From: Candidatus Bipolaricaulota bacterium
Lineage (GTDB): Bacteria; Bipolaricaulota; Bipolaricaulia; UBA7950; UBA9294
Reading direction: 5' to 3'
Length of the DNA stretch: 59,883 nt
Assembly: GCA_018817505.1 (NCBI GenBank)
Contig: JAHITR010000124.1
Span: 1 to 59,883 of the forward strand
This document shows positions 10,183 through 17,991 of the stretch, piece by piece; position 1 is the first letter of the stretch, and each line of letters opens with the position of its first letter. The notes beneath the pieces are model-generated. The model ran no database searches. It was not told the DNA's origin and was given only the letters and a program-made list of their open reading frames with translations. The position numbers and the translations under genes are program-made.

Positions 10183-11352
10183 ATGAAGAAATTCGCGCCC
10201 CATAATGAGGTCCTGCGGTTGACGCAGGACCTCATTTCAATTGAAAGCCATATCGATGCCTCAGGCCGGGAGGCTGAGGTGGGCCGTTATCTCTTGGCGT
10301 GGTTCAAGGATCACGCGATCGATGCCGAGCTTCAGACTGTGGAAGGCGAGCGAGCCAACGTTCTGGCTCGCATTCCAGGAGGGCATGGCCCCAGCCTGAT
10401 GCTCAACGGCCACCTGGATACCGTGCCTGCTGGAGACATGAAGGATGCCTTCGTGCCGAAAGTGCTTGGGGATGTGCTGTGGGGCCGAGGCGCGTGTGAT
10501 ATGAAGGGCGCGATTGCTGCCATGGCCTGTGCGATGGTCGACGTCGTTCAGCTCACGGCTGAGACGGGCGGATTGGCTGGAGATCTGTTGTTCGCAGGGA
10601 CAGTAGGCGAAGAAACGGGGTCGATTGGCGTGAAGGCACTGGTTGCCGACAACGTGCGAACGACCTATGCCATCGTCGGAGAGCCAACATCGTTGGCCGT
10701 AGGCATTGCTCACAAGGGTGCCTGCTTTATTCGCATTCACCTGACTGGGAAAGGTGCTCACGGCAGTTGCCCGGATCAGGGCGTCAATGCCGTCTCCTAT
10801 GCCTCACAGATCATCCACACCCTAGAATCAGAATTTCGAAGGCGCCTCTCAGAGCGCGTACATCCATTACTGGGAACGTCTACGGTCAGCGTGGGACGCA
10901 TCTCTGGCGGCACGCAGCCCAATATTGTCGCTGAGCAGTGTTGGATCGAGCTCGATCGGCGTACGCTCCCTGATGAACAGGAAGCGCTGGGAGAGATCCG
11001 GCAGATGGTTGCCGAACTGTGCGATCCGATCGAGGGATTGACATGGTATGTTGACGAGATGCCTGAAACAGGTATTGTCCCACACGTTGCCTTGGGCACG
11101 GCTACTGATGCTGCCCTCACCCGCGCTGCTCAGGCAACGTGCCGTGAATGGGGGCTGCCCACAGATCCAGTGGGGGTAACGTACTGGACCGATGGCGGTC
11201 ATTTGGCTGCGAATGGCATTGAGACACTGATTCTAGGGCCTGGAGACATCGCCAACGCGCATGGTCCTAGGGATCGAGTGGCAATTGCTGAATTGACCGG
11301 GGCAGTAGACATCTATAGCGACCTGATTCGGCGATTGCTTCAAAGCAGCTAG
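10183..11352 (+). CDS. M20 family metallopeptidase (ArgE/DapE/acetylornithine deacetylase-like)
   Basis: The motifs LNGHLDTVP, GRGACDMKG, GEETGS and GPGDIANAHGPRDRV are typical of the M20 peptidase/deacylase family. Confidence 0.85.
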   Translation: MKKFAPHNEVLRLTQDLISIESHIDASGREAEVGRYLLAWFKDHAIDAELQTVEGERANVLARIPGGHGPSLMLNGHLDTVPAGDMKDAFVPKVLGDVLWGRGACDMKGAIAAMACAMVDVVQLTAETGGLAGDLLFAGTVGEETGSIGVKALVADNVRTTYAIVGEPTSLAVGIAHKGACFIRIHLTGKGAHGSCPDQGVNAVSYASQIIHTLESEFRRRLSERVHPLLGTSTVSVGRISGGTQPNIVAEQCWIELDRRTLPDEQEALGEIRQMVAELCDPIEGLTWYVDEMPETGIVPHVALGTATDAALTRAAQATCREWGLPTDPVGVTYWTDGGHLAANGIETLILGPGDIANAHGPRDRVAIAELTGAVDIYSDLIRRLLQSS

Positions 11353-11576
11353 CGCGTATCGACGACCTCAAACAACTCCTCCAGCGTTTTGCTGAGGCAA
11401 GACGCGATCTTCTTTGCTGTCTTCACTGTGGTGCCAGCACCGTTCTCAATCGAGGACAACATGGGACGCGACAAGCCGATTTGCGTGGCTAGCTCCTCAG
11501 ATGTCCATCCTGCGAAGATTCGCGCACGTCGAACAGCGTCTTCTCTCGATATGATTCGGTAATACTTCTTGGGCAT
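11349..11576 (-). CDS. XRE-family helix-turn-helix transcriptional regulator (75 aa)
   Basis: The HTH_3-like core WTSEELATQIGLSRPMLSSIENG is present. No obvious SD precedes the ATG, so the mRNA may be leaderless or weakly initiated. Confidence 0.75.
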   Translation of the reverse strand: MPKKYYRIISREDAVRRARIFAGWTSEELATQIGLSRPMLSSIENGAGTTVKTAKKIASCLSKTLEELFEVVDTR

Positions 11577-11682
11577 AAGCGTACTTGGAGTTTACAAGAA
11601 TAGACAAACGTCTTACAAAAACCGATAGCCAAGAGCCAACAGGCAAATAGGACAAATAAGATCGTCAAATGTCCGCTAAAAC

Positions 11683-11711
11683 TTGACAAAAGGTTTACAG
11701 CGAGCTAGAGT
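11683..11711 (+). promoter_or_regulatory. Candidate sigma-70 promoter (TTGACA-N17-TAGAGT) with no CDS immediately downstream
   Basis: TTGACA lies at 11683-11688 and TAGAGT at 11706-11711, with a 17-nt spacer. The next convincing CDS (rrf2) starts 316 nt downstream. Confidence 0.5.
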
Positions 11712-11726
11712 GGATCGTGTGCCTAC

Positions 11727-11829
11727 GCAACGCCCCATGGCCGGGACCTGCGTCGAACTGCGAGAGCCCGGGTTCGAAAGGTCGAGAAGTTGGGGGAAGA
11801 AAGACTATTCCGCGCCACTGGGGCGTTGC
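11727..11829 (+). ncRNA. Candidate structured RNA element (unclassified three-way junction)
   Basis: The closing helix pairs GCAACGCCCCA(11727-11737)+TGGC with GCCA+C-bulge+TGGGGCGTTGC(11819-11829), giving 15 bp with one bulge. An inner hairpin forms from GACCT..TCGAAC / GTTCGA..AGGTC (11745-11783). A small GGAA/TTCC hairpin follows. The strand is inferred only from the upstream promoter. Confidence 0.35.
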
Positions 11830-11968
11830 ACCTCTGTATCGTTCAGCTTGGCTCCCATCCATGACTTTGTCGCCTAGCCACAACCTCCCATAAATCTCCT
11901 GGAAGGCCGTCCTTCGCGAGACTGGCCTCGATGGTGCTGTTCCATCGCTTGCCCTTAGGCGGCAGAAT

Positions 11969-11996
11969 TTGCTTCGTTGTTTGATAATGGTATACT
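11969..11996 (+). promoter_or_regulatory. Candidate rrf2-hcp promoter (TTGCTT-N16-TATACT) with an overlapping palindrome ATGGTA-N6-TACCAT (11987-12004)
   Basis: The -35 and -10 hexamers were read directly. The inverted repeat covers the -10 and the predicted TSS, which suggests an autoregulatory operator. AAGGAG (12015-12020) precedes the ATG at 12028. Confidence 0.45.
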
Positions 11997-12027
11997 GGTA
12001 CCATAATTCTAAAAAAGGAGTTAACCC

Positions 12028-12432
12028 ATGGCGAATCTATTGAAATTGTCGGAGGCGACTGCATTAGGCCTTCATGCCATGGTCATCATCGGCCAGCAGG
12101 GCGCACCCATATCAGCAGCGCCGATGGCTCAAACGCTTTGTGCATCAGAAGCGCATGTGTTCAAGGTTCTTCAGCAACTCGTACGTGCGGGATTACTGCG
12201 CTCCAAGCGCGGACCGCATGGTGGGTACGTGTTGGCTCGACCGGCAACAGAAATCGTGCTGATGGATGTCTACAACGTCTTCGAAGAGCCGATGCGCAAG
12301 GATGGATGCCTTTTCAGTGAGTCGGTTTGTGGAAACGTCAATTGCGTTCTCGGAAGCCTGGTGGAAGACGTTCGAATGAAAGTCGTCGAGCATTTCTCAA
12401 CGGTGACTTTGGAGCAAGCAGCGAGGAAATAG
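12028..12432 (+). CDS. Rrf2 family transcriptional regulator (NsrR/IscR-like)
   Basis: The N-terminal wHTH is LSEATALGLHAMVIIGQQG...SEAHVFKVLQQLVRAGLLRSKRGPHGGYVLAR. A Cys cluster (CLFSESVCGNVNC) fits an Fe-S sensing Rrf2. The gene lies directly upstream of hcp. Confidence 0.85.
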   Translation: MANLLKLSEATALGLHAMVIIGQQGAPISAAPMAQTLCASEAHVFKVLQQLVRAGLLRSKRGPHGGYVLARPATEIVLMDVYNVFEEPMRKDGCLFSESVCGNVNCVLGSLVEDVRMKVVEHFSTVTLEQAARK

Positions 12433-12441
12433 GAGGACAGC

Positions 12442-14085
12442 GTGTTTTGTTATCAATGCGAGCAAACGAAAAACAGCACGGGATGTACCAGCTACGGTGT
12501 GTGCGGCAAGGATCCAACGACGGCAGCACTTCAAGATGTGCTGTTCTTCTTGACCAAGGGGATCAGCATGTATGCTCATCGCGCCCGCGAATTGGATGTG
12601 CGGGATGCGGAGATCGACAGGTTCATGATTCATTCGCTCTTCACCACGATTACCAACGTCAACTTCGACTCCCAACGTCTGGAACAGCTTGTCCGAAACG
12701 CCATTGATTTTCGTGCTCGCGCGCGTTCTCTTTACCTGTCTGCATGCCAAGCGAACGGGAAAACGCCTGACGAGCTTTCAGGGTCGGCTACTTGGGTTGC
12801 CGGAAGCTCGCTAGCGGAATGGCTCGAACAGCAGAAGCATCTGGGTATTGAATCTCGCAAAGCGATATTCGGCGAGGATATCGTCGGACTGCAGGAATTG
12901 CTTGTGTATGGGCTCAAGGGAGCCGCCGCCTACGTAGATCATGCGCAGATCCTCGGCGTTGAGGACGAGGCCATCTGGGCCTATTTCCACGAGGCGCTCG
13001 CAGCCTTGGGCTCCGATCCGACAGATCTTGGGGAACTGACGGCCATGTGTCTGCGTTGCGGTGAGATGAATCTTCGGGTGATGGAATTGCTTGATGAAGC
13101 CCATACGTCTACATTCGGAATGCCTGAGCCTACGTCCGTTCGCATTGAACCCGTCGCCGGGAAAGCGATCCTGATTTCTGGACACGATCTGAAGGACCTT
13201 GATGCACTGCTGAAGCAGACGGAAGGAAAGGGCATCAACATTTACACGCACGGAGAGATGTTGCCCGCCCACGGGTATCCGGGATTGAAGAAGTATGCCC
13301 ACTTGGTTGGCAACTACGGGGGCGCCTGGCAGGAGCAACAAAGCGAATTTGACGCCTTCCCTGGCGCCATCCTAATGACCACCAATTGCATTCAGAAGCC
13401 TCGAGATGCCTACAAGGACCGTCTATTCACAGCGGGTCTCGTCGCCTGGCCAGGTGTTGAGCACATCGAGAATCGCGATTTCTCGCCAGTGATTGAGGCG
13501 GCTCTGAAAGCTCCTGGTTTCAGCAAATCAGGCTCAGACAAAACGATCCTCGTCGGGTTCGCGAGAAACGCGGTGCTGGGTGTTGCTGACAAGGTGATCG
13601 AAGCGGTTAAGAGCGGCAAGATACGGCACTTCTTCCTTGTCGGCGGATGTGACGGCGCCAAATCGGGACGCAACTATTACACGGACTTGGCGCAACAGAT
13701 CCCTGCTGACTGTGTTATTTTGACGCTCGCCTGCGGCAAGTATCGTTTCAACAAGCTTGAGTTCGGCGATATCGGCGGGATTCCGCGACTGCTGGATATT
13801 GGCCAATGCAACGATGCCTACTCAGCCGTTCAGATCGCCGTCGCCCTGGCAAAAGCGTTCGACACGGATGTGAACTCACTGCCGTTGTCGTTCATCTTAT
13901 CCTGGTTCGAGCAGAAAGCGGTGGCCATTCTGCTCTCGCTTCTGCATTTGGGTATCAAGAACATCCGCCTCGGCCCCACATTGCCGGCGTTTGTGACCCC
14001 AGCCGTGCTTGACGTGCTGGTGAAGAATTTCAACATCATGCCGATCACAACACCGGAAGCCGACCTCCAGGCCATCTTGGGATAG
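12442..14085 (+). CDS. hcp: Hydroxylamine reductase / hybrid-cluster protein
   Basis: The N-terminus MFCYQCEQT...GCTSYGVCGK is diagnostic, and the length is 547 aa. A GTG start is preceded by AGGAGG. Confidence 0.95.
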   Translation: MFCYQCEQTKNSTGCTSYGVCGKDPTTAALQDVLFFLTKGISMYAHRARELDVRDAEIDRFMIHSLFTTITNVNFDSQRLEQLVRNAIDFRARARSLYLSACQANGKTPDELSGSATWVAGSSLAEWLEQQKHLGIESRKAIFGEDIVGLQELLVYGLKGAAAYVDHAQILGVEDEAIWAYFHEALAALGSDPTDLGELTAMCLRCGEMNLRVMELLDEAHTSTFGMPEPTSVRIEPVAGKAILISGHDLKDLDALLKQTEGKGINIYTHGEMLPAHGYPGLKKYAHLVGNYGGAWQEQQSEFDAFPGAILMTTNCIQKPRDAYKDRLFTAGLVAWPGVEHIENRDFSPVIEAALKAPGFSKSGSDKTILVGFARNAVLGVADKVIEAVKSGKIRHFFLVGGCDGAKSGRNYYTDLAQQIPADCVILTLACGKYRFNKLEFGDIGGIPRLLDIGQCNDAYSAVQIAVALAKAFDTDVNSLPLSFILSWFEQKAVAILLSLLHLGIKNIRLGPTLPAFVTPAVLDVLVKNFNIMPITTPEADLQAILG

Positions 14086-14102
14086 AGCTCCCTCGCTTTG
14101 AT

Positions 14103-14144
14103 GCGCGCCAGGCGACGTCAACAAGCCAGGCGCGCTTCTTTGTG
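14103..14144 (+). terminator. Probable intrinsic terminator after hcp
   Basis: The GC stem GCGCGCC.GGC / GCC.GGCGCGC (14103-14135, one A:A mismatch) is followed by TTCTTTGTG. Confidence 0.55.
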
Positions 14145-14250
14145 TCGAGTACAGCAGACGTTCGCGTGAACTGGGATCATGAGATGGGCGATGCCTTGCA
14201 GACAGCGGTATGTTGAAGTTCGAGCAGTCCCCGTCTAAAATCCCCGGCAC

Positions 14251-14339
14251 GGAGGGGTGGGAGAGCGGCCGAATCCGCCAGTTTGGAATACTGGTGTACT
14301 CTCAAGGTACCGCGAGTTCAAATCTCGCCCCCTCCGCCA
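14251..14339 (+). tRNA. tRNA-Ser (anticodon GGA), type II with long variable arm, CCA encoded
   Basis: Hand-folded. Acceptor GGAGGGG/CCCCTCC, D-arm GGA-GAGCGGCCGAA-TCC, anticodon arm CCAGT-TTGGAAT-ACTGG, variable arm with GTAC/GTAC stem, T-arm GCGAG-TTCAAAT-CTCGC, then G-CCA. Confidence 0.93.
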
Positions 14340-14341
14340 CA

Positions 14342-14568
14342 TAGCCTGTGCTAGGCGGGGGGCTAGCGGTCCCCTGCGATCCTCAACCCGCTCACGGGGA
14401 GCCGAAAGATGCTTTGAGGGAGTTGGCGGGAGGGTCTGTCCACGGGAAAGCGGTGTTGAGGGTTGAGCCCTTTGCGGCGCATGTCAGTGAATTCCGCCAG
14501 GCCCGGAAGGGAGCAGCGGTAAGCAGACCTCTGCGGGTGTTAGAGGATTCCTTGGCCTGAGCTGGCTA
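14342..14568 (+). ncRNA. ffs: Signal recognition particle RNA, long (Bacillus/Alu-domain) type; ends approximate
   Basis: Domain IV reads directly as CCGC-CAGG-CCC-GGAA-GGG-AGCA-GCGG (14494-14519), with the GGAA tetraloop at 14505-14508. The 5' part (GGCGGGGGGCTAGCGGTCCCCTG...CAACCCGCTCACGGGGAGCCGAAAG) resembles the Alu-domain helices of B. subtilis scRNA as I remember them. Confidence 0.85.
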
Positions 14569-14630
14569 CTCGCGAAGCGCCTCGTTCCAGCTTTCGATGA
14601 GATCACGCACAGGCGTTTACTTTTTGCCGA

Positions 14631-15569
14631 TCACTGAAGCGCAGTTTGCGCGATCGTCCGTAGCTCCTGGACGATGGCGATTGAAACACGACCGCCAAGA
14701 CCATCCACGCCGAAGCCACTCTGCCGACGCACCCCATCCACGCATCCTCGAACGGCTGCAACATGCAGCAAGCGTTCCTCTTCGTCCGGGAGGTAGAGCA
14801 GCCTCCCGTCCCGCTCAAGAATCGCCAGTGCAGCTGCAATGCCATAGGCACCCCAATTGGAGACAGCGGCGGGCAAGAATAGCTGGGACGGCGTCACGGA
14901 TACGACTCCCCCACCGCATCCGCAGCGGCATGTGGCGGACACTGGCAGCAGTTGAGCAACGGTCTTGGCCAGGTTGCCGAATCCGACTTCGTTGCCGCGA
15001 TCGCCGATGCCGATCGTCAACGTCCCCGCCGTCTGCCATTGCATGAAGAGGTCGTCAATGGGGATGGATCCTCCGTCAATCGCGATGCCGTCAAACGTAT
15101 GCATGACACCCTGTGCATTTCGCCCAGGTTTCTCAATGGCGAGTGCCGTGGCCGGCGGCGTGACCTGCCCCAACAGGTCCAAATCAATGGAATGAATGTC
15201 CAGCTCGACGCCCAGTTCTGCTGCGAGCCACATTGCGTTTTCCAGCAATGGCGGATCAACCCATATCGTGGGAATCAAACCACACCGTTTGAGAGTTCTC
15301 GCCAATGCTAGTGTGCCAAGCGGACCGTCATTTTCCCCCCGAGGGTAGAGTTTGGGAACCACGAAACCCGTGAATAACGAGACGTGTTTTCCCTTGAGCT
15401 GACGAAGACGGTCAGCGATGAGCAGCGTCAATGGCACGGGTTCTGAGAGTGCGGCCTGCAAGCGCTGGATGTACGCGGAAGAAGGCGGAGCGATGAACCC
15501 TTCACCTGAGATGACTTGGTCAATCTGCCGGAAGGGCTCAAGATTCAGGGAAGAATCCAGCAAAATCAT
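14631..15569 (-). CDS. DUF4392 / D-glutamate cyclase-like domain protein
   Basis: 312 aa with motifs PRGENDGPLG, IEKPGRN, TIGIGDRGNEVGFG and AVSNWGAYG. I recall these from the DUF4392 (D-glutamate cyclase) family. The ATG overlaps the upstream radical-SAM stop (ATGA). Confidence 0.65.
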   Translation of the reverse strand: MILLDSSLNLEPFRQIDQVISGEGFIAPPSSAYIQRLQAALSEPVPLTLLIADRLRQLKGKHVSLFTGFVVPKLYPRGENDGPLGTLALARTLKRCGLIPTIWVDPPLLENAMWLAAELGVELDIHSIDLDLLGQVTPPATALAIEKPGRNAQGVMHTFDGIAIDGGSIPIDDLFMQWQTAGTLTIGIGDRGNEVGFGNLAKTVAQLLPVSATCRCGCGGGVVSVTPSQLFLPAAVSNWGAYGIAAALAILERDGRLLYLPDEEERLLHVAAVRGCVDGVRRQSGFGVDGLGGRVSIAIVQELRTIAQTALQ

Positions 15570-16723
15570 GCATCCTCAGAGCCAATGGCCGCTTGGGTGG
15601 AACCGCAGAGGGCAGGATCTCCAATCTTCTCAGTTGACGCTTGAGTGCTTTGCGCATGGAGTTCCTCGACCCATTCCCTGCGTTTCCAAAGAGCACAGCG
15701 CCCATCGGTCTCATCCAATTTTACGCCGGATTCTCGGATGCTGCGCATGAAAGGTGAGTGAATGGCCTCCAGCAACGAAACCTGCGATAGATTGCGATCG
15801 GAATAGGGAGAGAACGGACAGGGTTCGACGTCGCCATAGGCGTTAATGTGCACAAACCCTCTTCCGGCTGCCAAGCATCCGCCCATGGCGATCTCGTCTT
15901 GTGGAAATGCGATGAACAGGCAAGGCAGCGTCTTGCGATAGTCTGCCAATCGATGCAGAAAATCCTGAACGTGGTCGGCAGAGAGCTGTAGATGTTCGGT
16001 ATTCGGCTCCACCGGTGTGTAGTTGATGAAGTAGAACAAGCGGCATCCGCGTTTGAGGAGGTCCTTCAAATGGCTGCGGCTTGTCGTCAGATCGTAGTTC
16101 TCCTGAGTTAACGTTGTCGAGGTGCCAAAGAAGATATGTTGGGCCTTCAGACGGGCCATGGCATCGAGAACCTTGGCATGGCATCCATCCCCTCGTCTGG
16201 CGTCTGTTGCTGCCTTATCCCCTTCCAGGCTGAGCACAGGAACGACGTGCGGCTGCGTCTTGAGCTTTGCGATCACCGCATCATCAAGCAACGTGGCATT
16301 TGTAAACAGGAGAAACAGAATCTCTGGCGCTTGAGCCGTGAGTTCCAAAAGGCTCTCGCGAAGCAGAGGCTCGCCGCCTGCGATCAGCATGATAGAGATG
16401 CCTAGCTCCCGAGCCTCTGATAGCAATGTACCGACACGTTCATCAGACAACTCCGGTCGAGACGATCGATGGAGGATGTTCGCATAGCACCCGAGACAAT
16501 TGAGATTGCATTGCCCTGTGATACTGAAGATGGAAAACGGCGGAACATGCGTGCCATTGGCTTGATGAGCTTTCCTCACCTTGGCAGCTTTCTGTTGACG
16601 ACGGAGCAGTTGCAGTGCTCGAAAGGCGAAGCGCGGATCATAAAACAGGATTCTCGCAGCCAGCTTTAGCGTGTCGAAGATGGATGTTTCGAAAGCCAGC
16701 TCAGTAGGTTGACTGTTTGACAT
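15566..16723 (-). CDS. Radical SAM enzyme with C-terminal auxiliary-cluster (twitch/SPASM-like) region, function unknown
   Basis: It has the CX3CX2C motif in FSITGQCNLNCLGCYAN and a GGEPLL glycine-rich motif. The C-terminal Cys region is GGCLAAGRGFVHINAYGDVEPCPF...DGRCALW. The start is chosen at ATG 16723, preceded by GGGAGA. The maximal ORF (to 17149) runs into the divergent dNK gene. Confidence 0.8.
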   Translation of the reverse strand: MSNSQPTELAFETSIFDTLKLAARILFYDPRFAFRALQLLRRQQKAAKVRKAHQANGTHVPPFSIFSITGQCNLNCLGCYANILHRSSRPELSDERVGTLLSEARELGISIMLIAGGEPLLRESLLELTAQAPEILFLLFTNATLLDDAVIAKLKTQPHVVPVLSLEGDKAATDARRGDGCHAKVLDAMARLKAQHIFFGTSTTLTQENYDLTTSRSHLKDLLKRGCRLFYFINYTPVEPNTEHLQLSADHVQDFLHRLADYRKTLPCLFIAFPQDEIAMGGCLAAGRGFVHINAYGDVEPCPFSPYSDRNLSQVSLLEAIHSPFMRSIRESGVKLDETDGRCALWKRREWVEELHAQSTQASTEKIGDPALCGSTQAAIGSEDA

Positions 16724-17108
16724 GAATTCTCCCAAATATTTTTGGGATTGTCGCTCGAACTCAGTGCCTGTAGCAAATCCTACTGCTGAAGCCATGCGTC
16801 CCACATTCTCGGTAGAAGTGTGGGCAGCAGCGCGAGGAGACACAGGCTCGGGAGACGTCTGTCTCAGGCAATAGGCGGACGCAGTTGAAAACCGGCAAGG
16901 CAAGGTTTCTTTGCGCAGACATCGATGAAACGTTTGCGCTTTTCTCCTGAGTTCGATCTGCTGTATGATGAGCGACAGGGGTAGTTTACATTTGTTACAC
17001 GGGGCTGAAACGCAGATAGTCAGTGCGTTATCGCTTTGTGAAGGAAGTGGCCAATGACGGGTGAGTGCAGGACTCCGCAAAGGGGGAAGAGTGAAAGGGC
17101 AGCGGACC

Positions 17109-17753
17109 ATGATTCTATTTGAGGGCAACATCGCGGCGGGAAAGAGCACAGTCGGGCGAAGGTTGGCTGAATCTGACTTGTTCGGATTTGTAGAAGAACC
17201 CGTAGGCGCATGGCAGCAGGATTTTGAAGAAAACTTGCTTGATTTGTTCTATCGCGACACGAATCGATGGGCCTTTACATTCCAGTTGGCTGCGTTTACG
17301 ACGCGCGCAAAAACGTGGACCGAAGTACTTGCACTGGTCGATCATCGCAATGTGGTCCTCGAACGATCCATTTATTGCGATCGTTATGTATTCGCCAAGA
17401 ATTGTTACCAATCCGGGTTGATGAAGAAGACGGAATGGCAACTGTATTGCAAGTTATGGGACTGGCTGGAATCGAACTGGTGTGCCGAGCCTGACAAGAT
17501 CGTCTACCTGCGAACGCCGGCTGAAGTTTGCTTGGAGCGGATTGAAGCACGCGGACGATCGGAAGAGTCGACCATCCCGATTGAGTACCTGCGCGATCTT
17601 GAGGTGCTGCACGACGAATGGCTGATTGACAATCCAAGGACGATCGTGATTGACGGATGCAAACAGTGGACGGCGAGAGAGATCTACAACGTGTTAAGAG
17701 AAGCCGATGTGGCTTTGGCCACTGAAGAGGAACTGATCGCAGCGAGGGGCTAA
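17109..17753 (+). CDS. Deoxynucleoside kinase (dAK/dCK/dGK family)
   Basis: It has the P-loop ILFEGNIAAGKST, the region ERSIYCDRYVFA and the LID-region RIEARGRSEE. The ATG at 17109 is chosen over the upstream extension from 17061. Confidence 0.85.
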   Translation: MILFEGNIAAGKSTVGRRLAESDLFGFVEEPVGAWQQDFEENLLDLFYRDTNRWAFTFQLAAFTTRAKTWTEVLALVDHRNVVLERSIYCDRYVFAKNCYQSGLMKKTEWQLYCKLWDWLESNWCAEPDKIVYLRTPAEVCLERIEARGRSEESTIPIEYLRDLEVLHDEWLIDNPRTIVIDGCKQWTAREIYNVLREADVALATEEELIAARG

Positions 17754-17780
17754 GCGATTGAGTTCCTGTCTTGTGCGAGC

Positions 17781-17820
17781 GCGGGCTGCATGCGCAGCCC
17801 GCGTCTTCGTGTTTGATCTG
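17781..17820 (+). terminator. Probable intrinsic terminator after the dNK gene
   Basis: A perfect 9-bp GC stem GCGGGCTGC-ATGC-GCAGCCCGC (17781-17802) is followed by the T-rich GTCTTCGTGTTT. Confidence 0.6.
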
Positions 17821-17991
17821 AGAAAGCTCGTTCAGTCGCTATTTCAGCAGGCGAAGGCTGCAAACGTTTCAAGTTCGAATCCTCTTGGGTGTACCTGATG
17901 GGCCATTCATTCCTTCAGCCGATTCCTGTACTGCGCTAGGCTAGAATGGACATCTGTGCTTGTCATGTCTGAGACAGTTGCGCAATAATAC

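Noticed and set aside
11349-11352. The convergent M20 peptidase and xre genes share overlapping stop codons on the palindrome CTAG.
   Set aside because: It is real but trivial. Four-nucleotide convergent overlaps on CTAG/TTAA are common and have no known function.
11727-11829. I considered a cobalamin riboswitch because of GCCACTG (11814-11820), GGGAA, and a GGGACCTGCG string reminiscent of the B12 box. I also considered a tRNA-like or Y-RNA-like element because of GGTTCGAA.
   Set aside because: The elements are in the wrong order for a cobalamin riboswitch, since the B12-box-like string is 5' of the rest. The GGTG..AA..CC and CCCGC.ACTGT cores are absent, and the downstream genes are not B12-related. 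GGTTCGAA does not sit in a T-arm hairpin. No rsr/Ro gene is nearby.
11683-12064. Small ORFs occur in the xre/rrf2 intergenic region (11683-11877 plus; 11695-11883 and 11843-12064 minus).
   Set aside because: They have no SD sequences and mutually overlap on both strands. Their translations are Arg/Gly/Pro-rich. One runs through the rrf2 promoter and start codon. The region is better explained as regulatory or RNA-coding.
15566-16723. I considered whether the radical SAM next to nucleoside kinases is a prokaryotic viperin (an antiviral ddh-nucleotide synthase).
   Set aside because: The protein has a C-terminal Cys-containing twitch/SPASM-like segment and an N-terminal leader, and viperins lack both. 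I see none of the viperin C-terminal nucleotide-binding motifs I remember. The kinases are on the opposite strand. The idea is kept only as a remote possibility under the main finding.
16724-17149. The radical-SAM ORF has an in-frame N-terminal extension of 142 aa. Analogous extensions exist for bshC (48678-49115) and the secreted protein (43694-43900).
   Set aside because: The extensions overlap neighbouring well-supported genes (dNK, the methyltransferase, the M1 peptidase). They have non-protein-like composition. Internal ATGs with good SD sequences give products of the expected family length.
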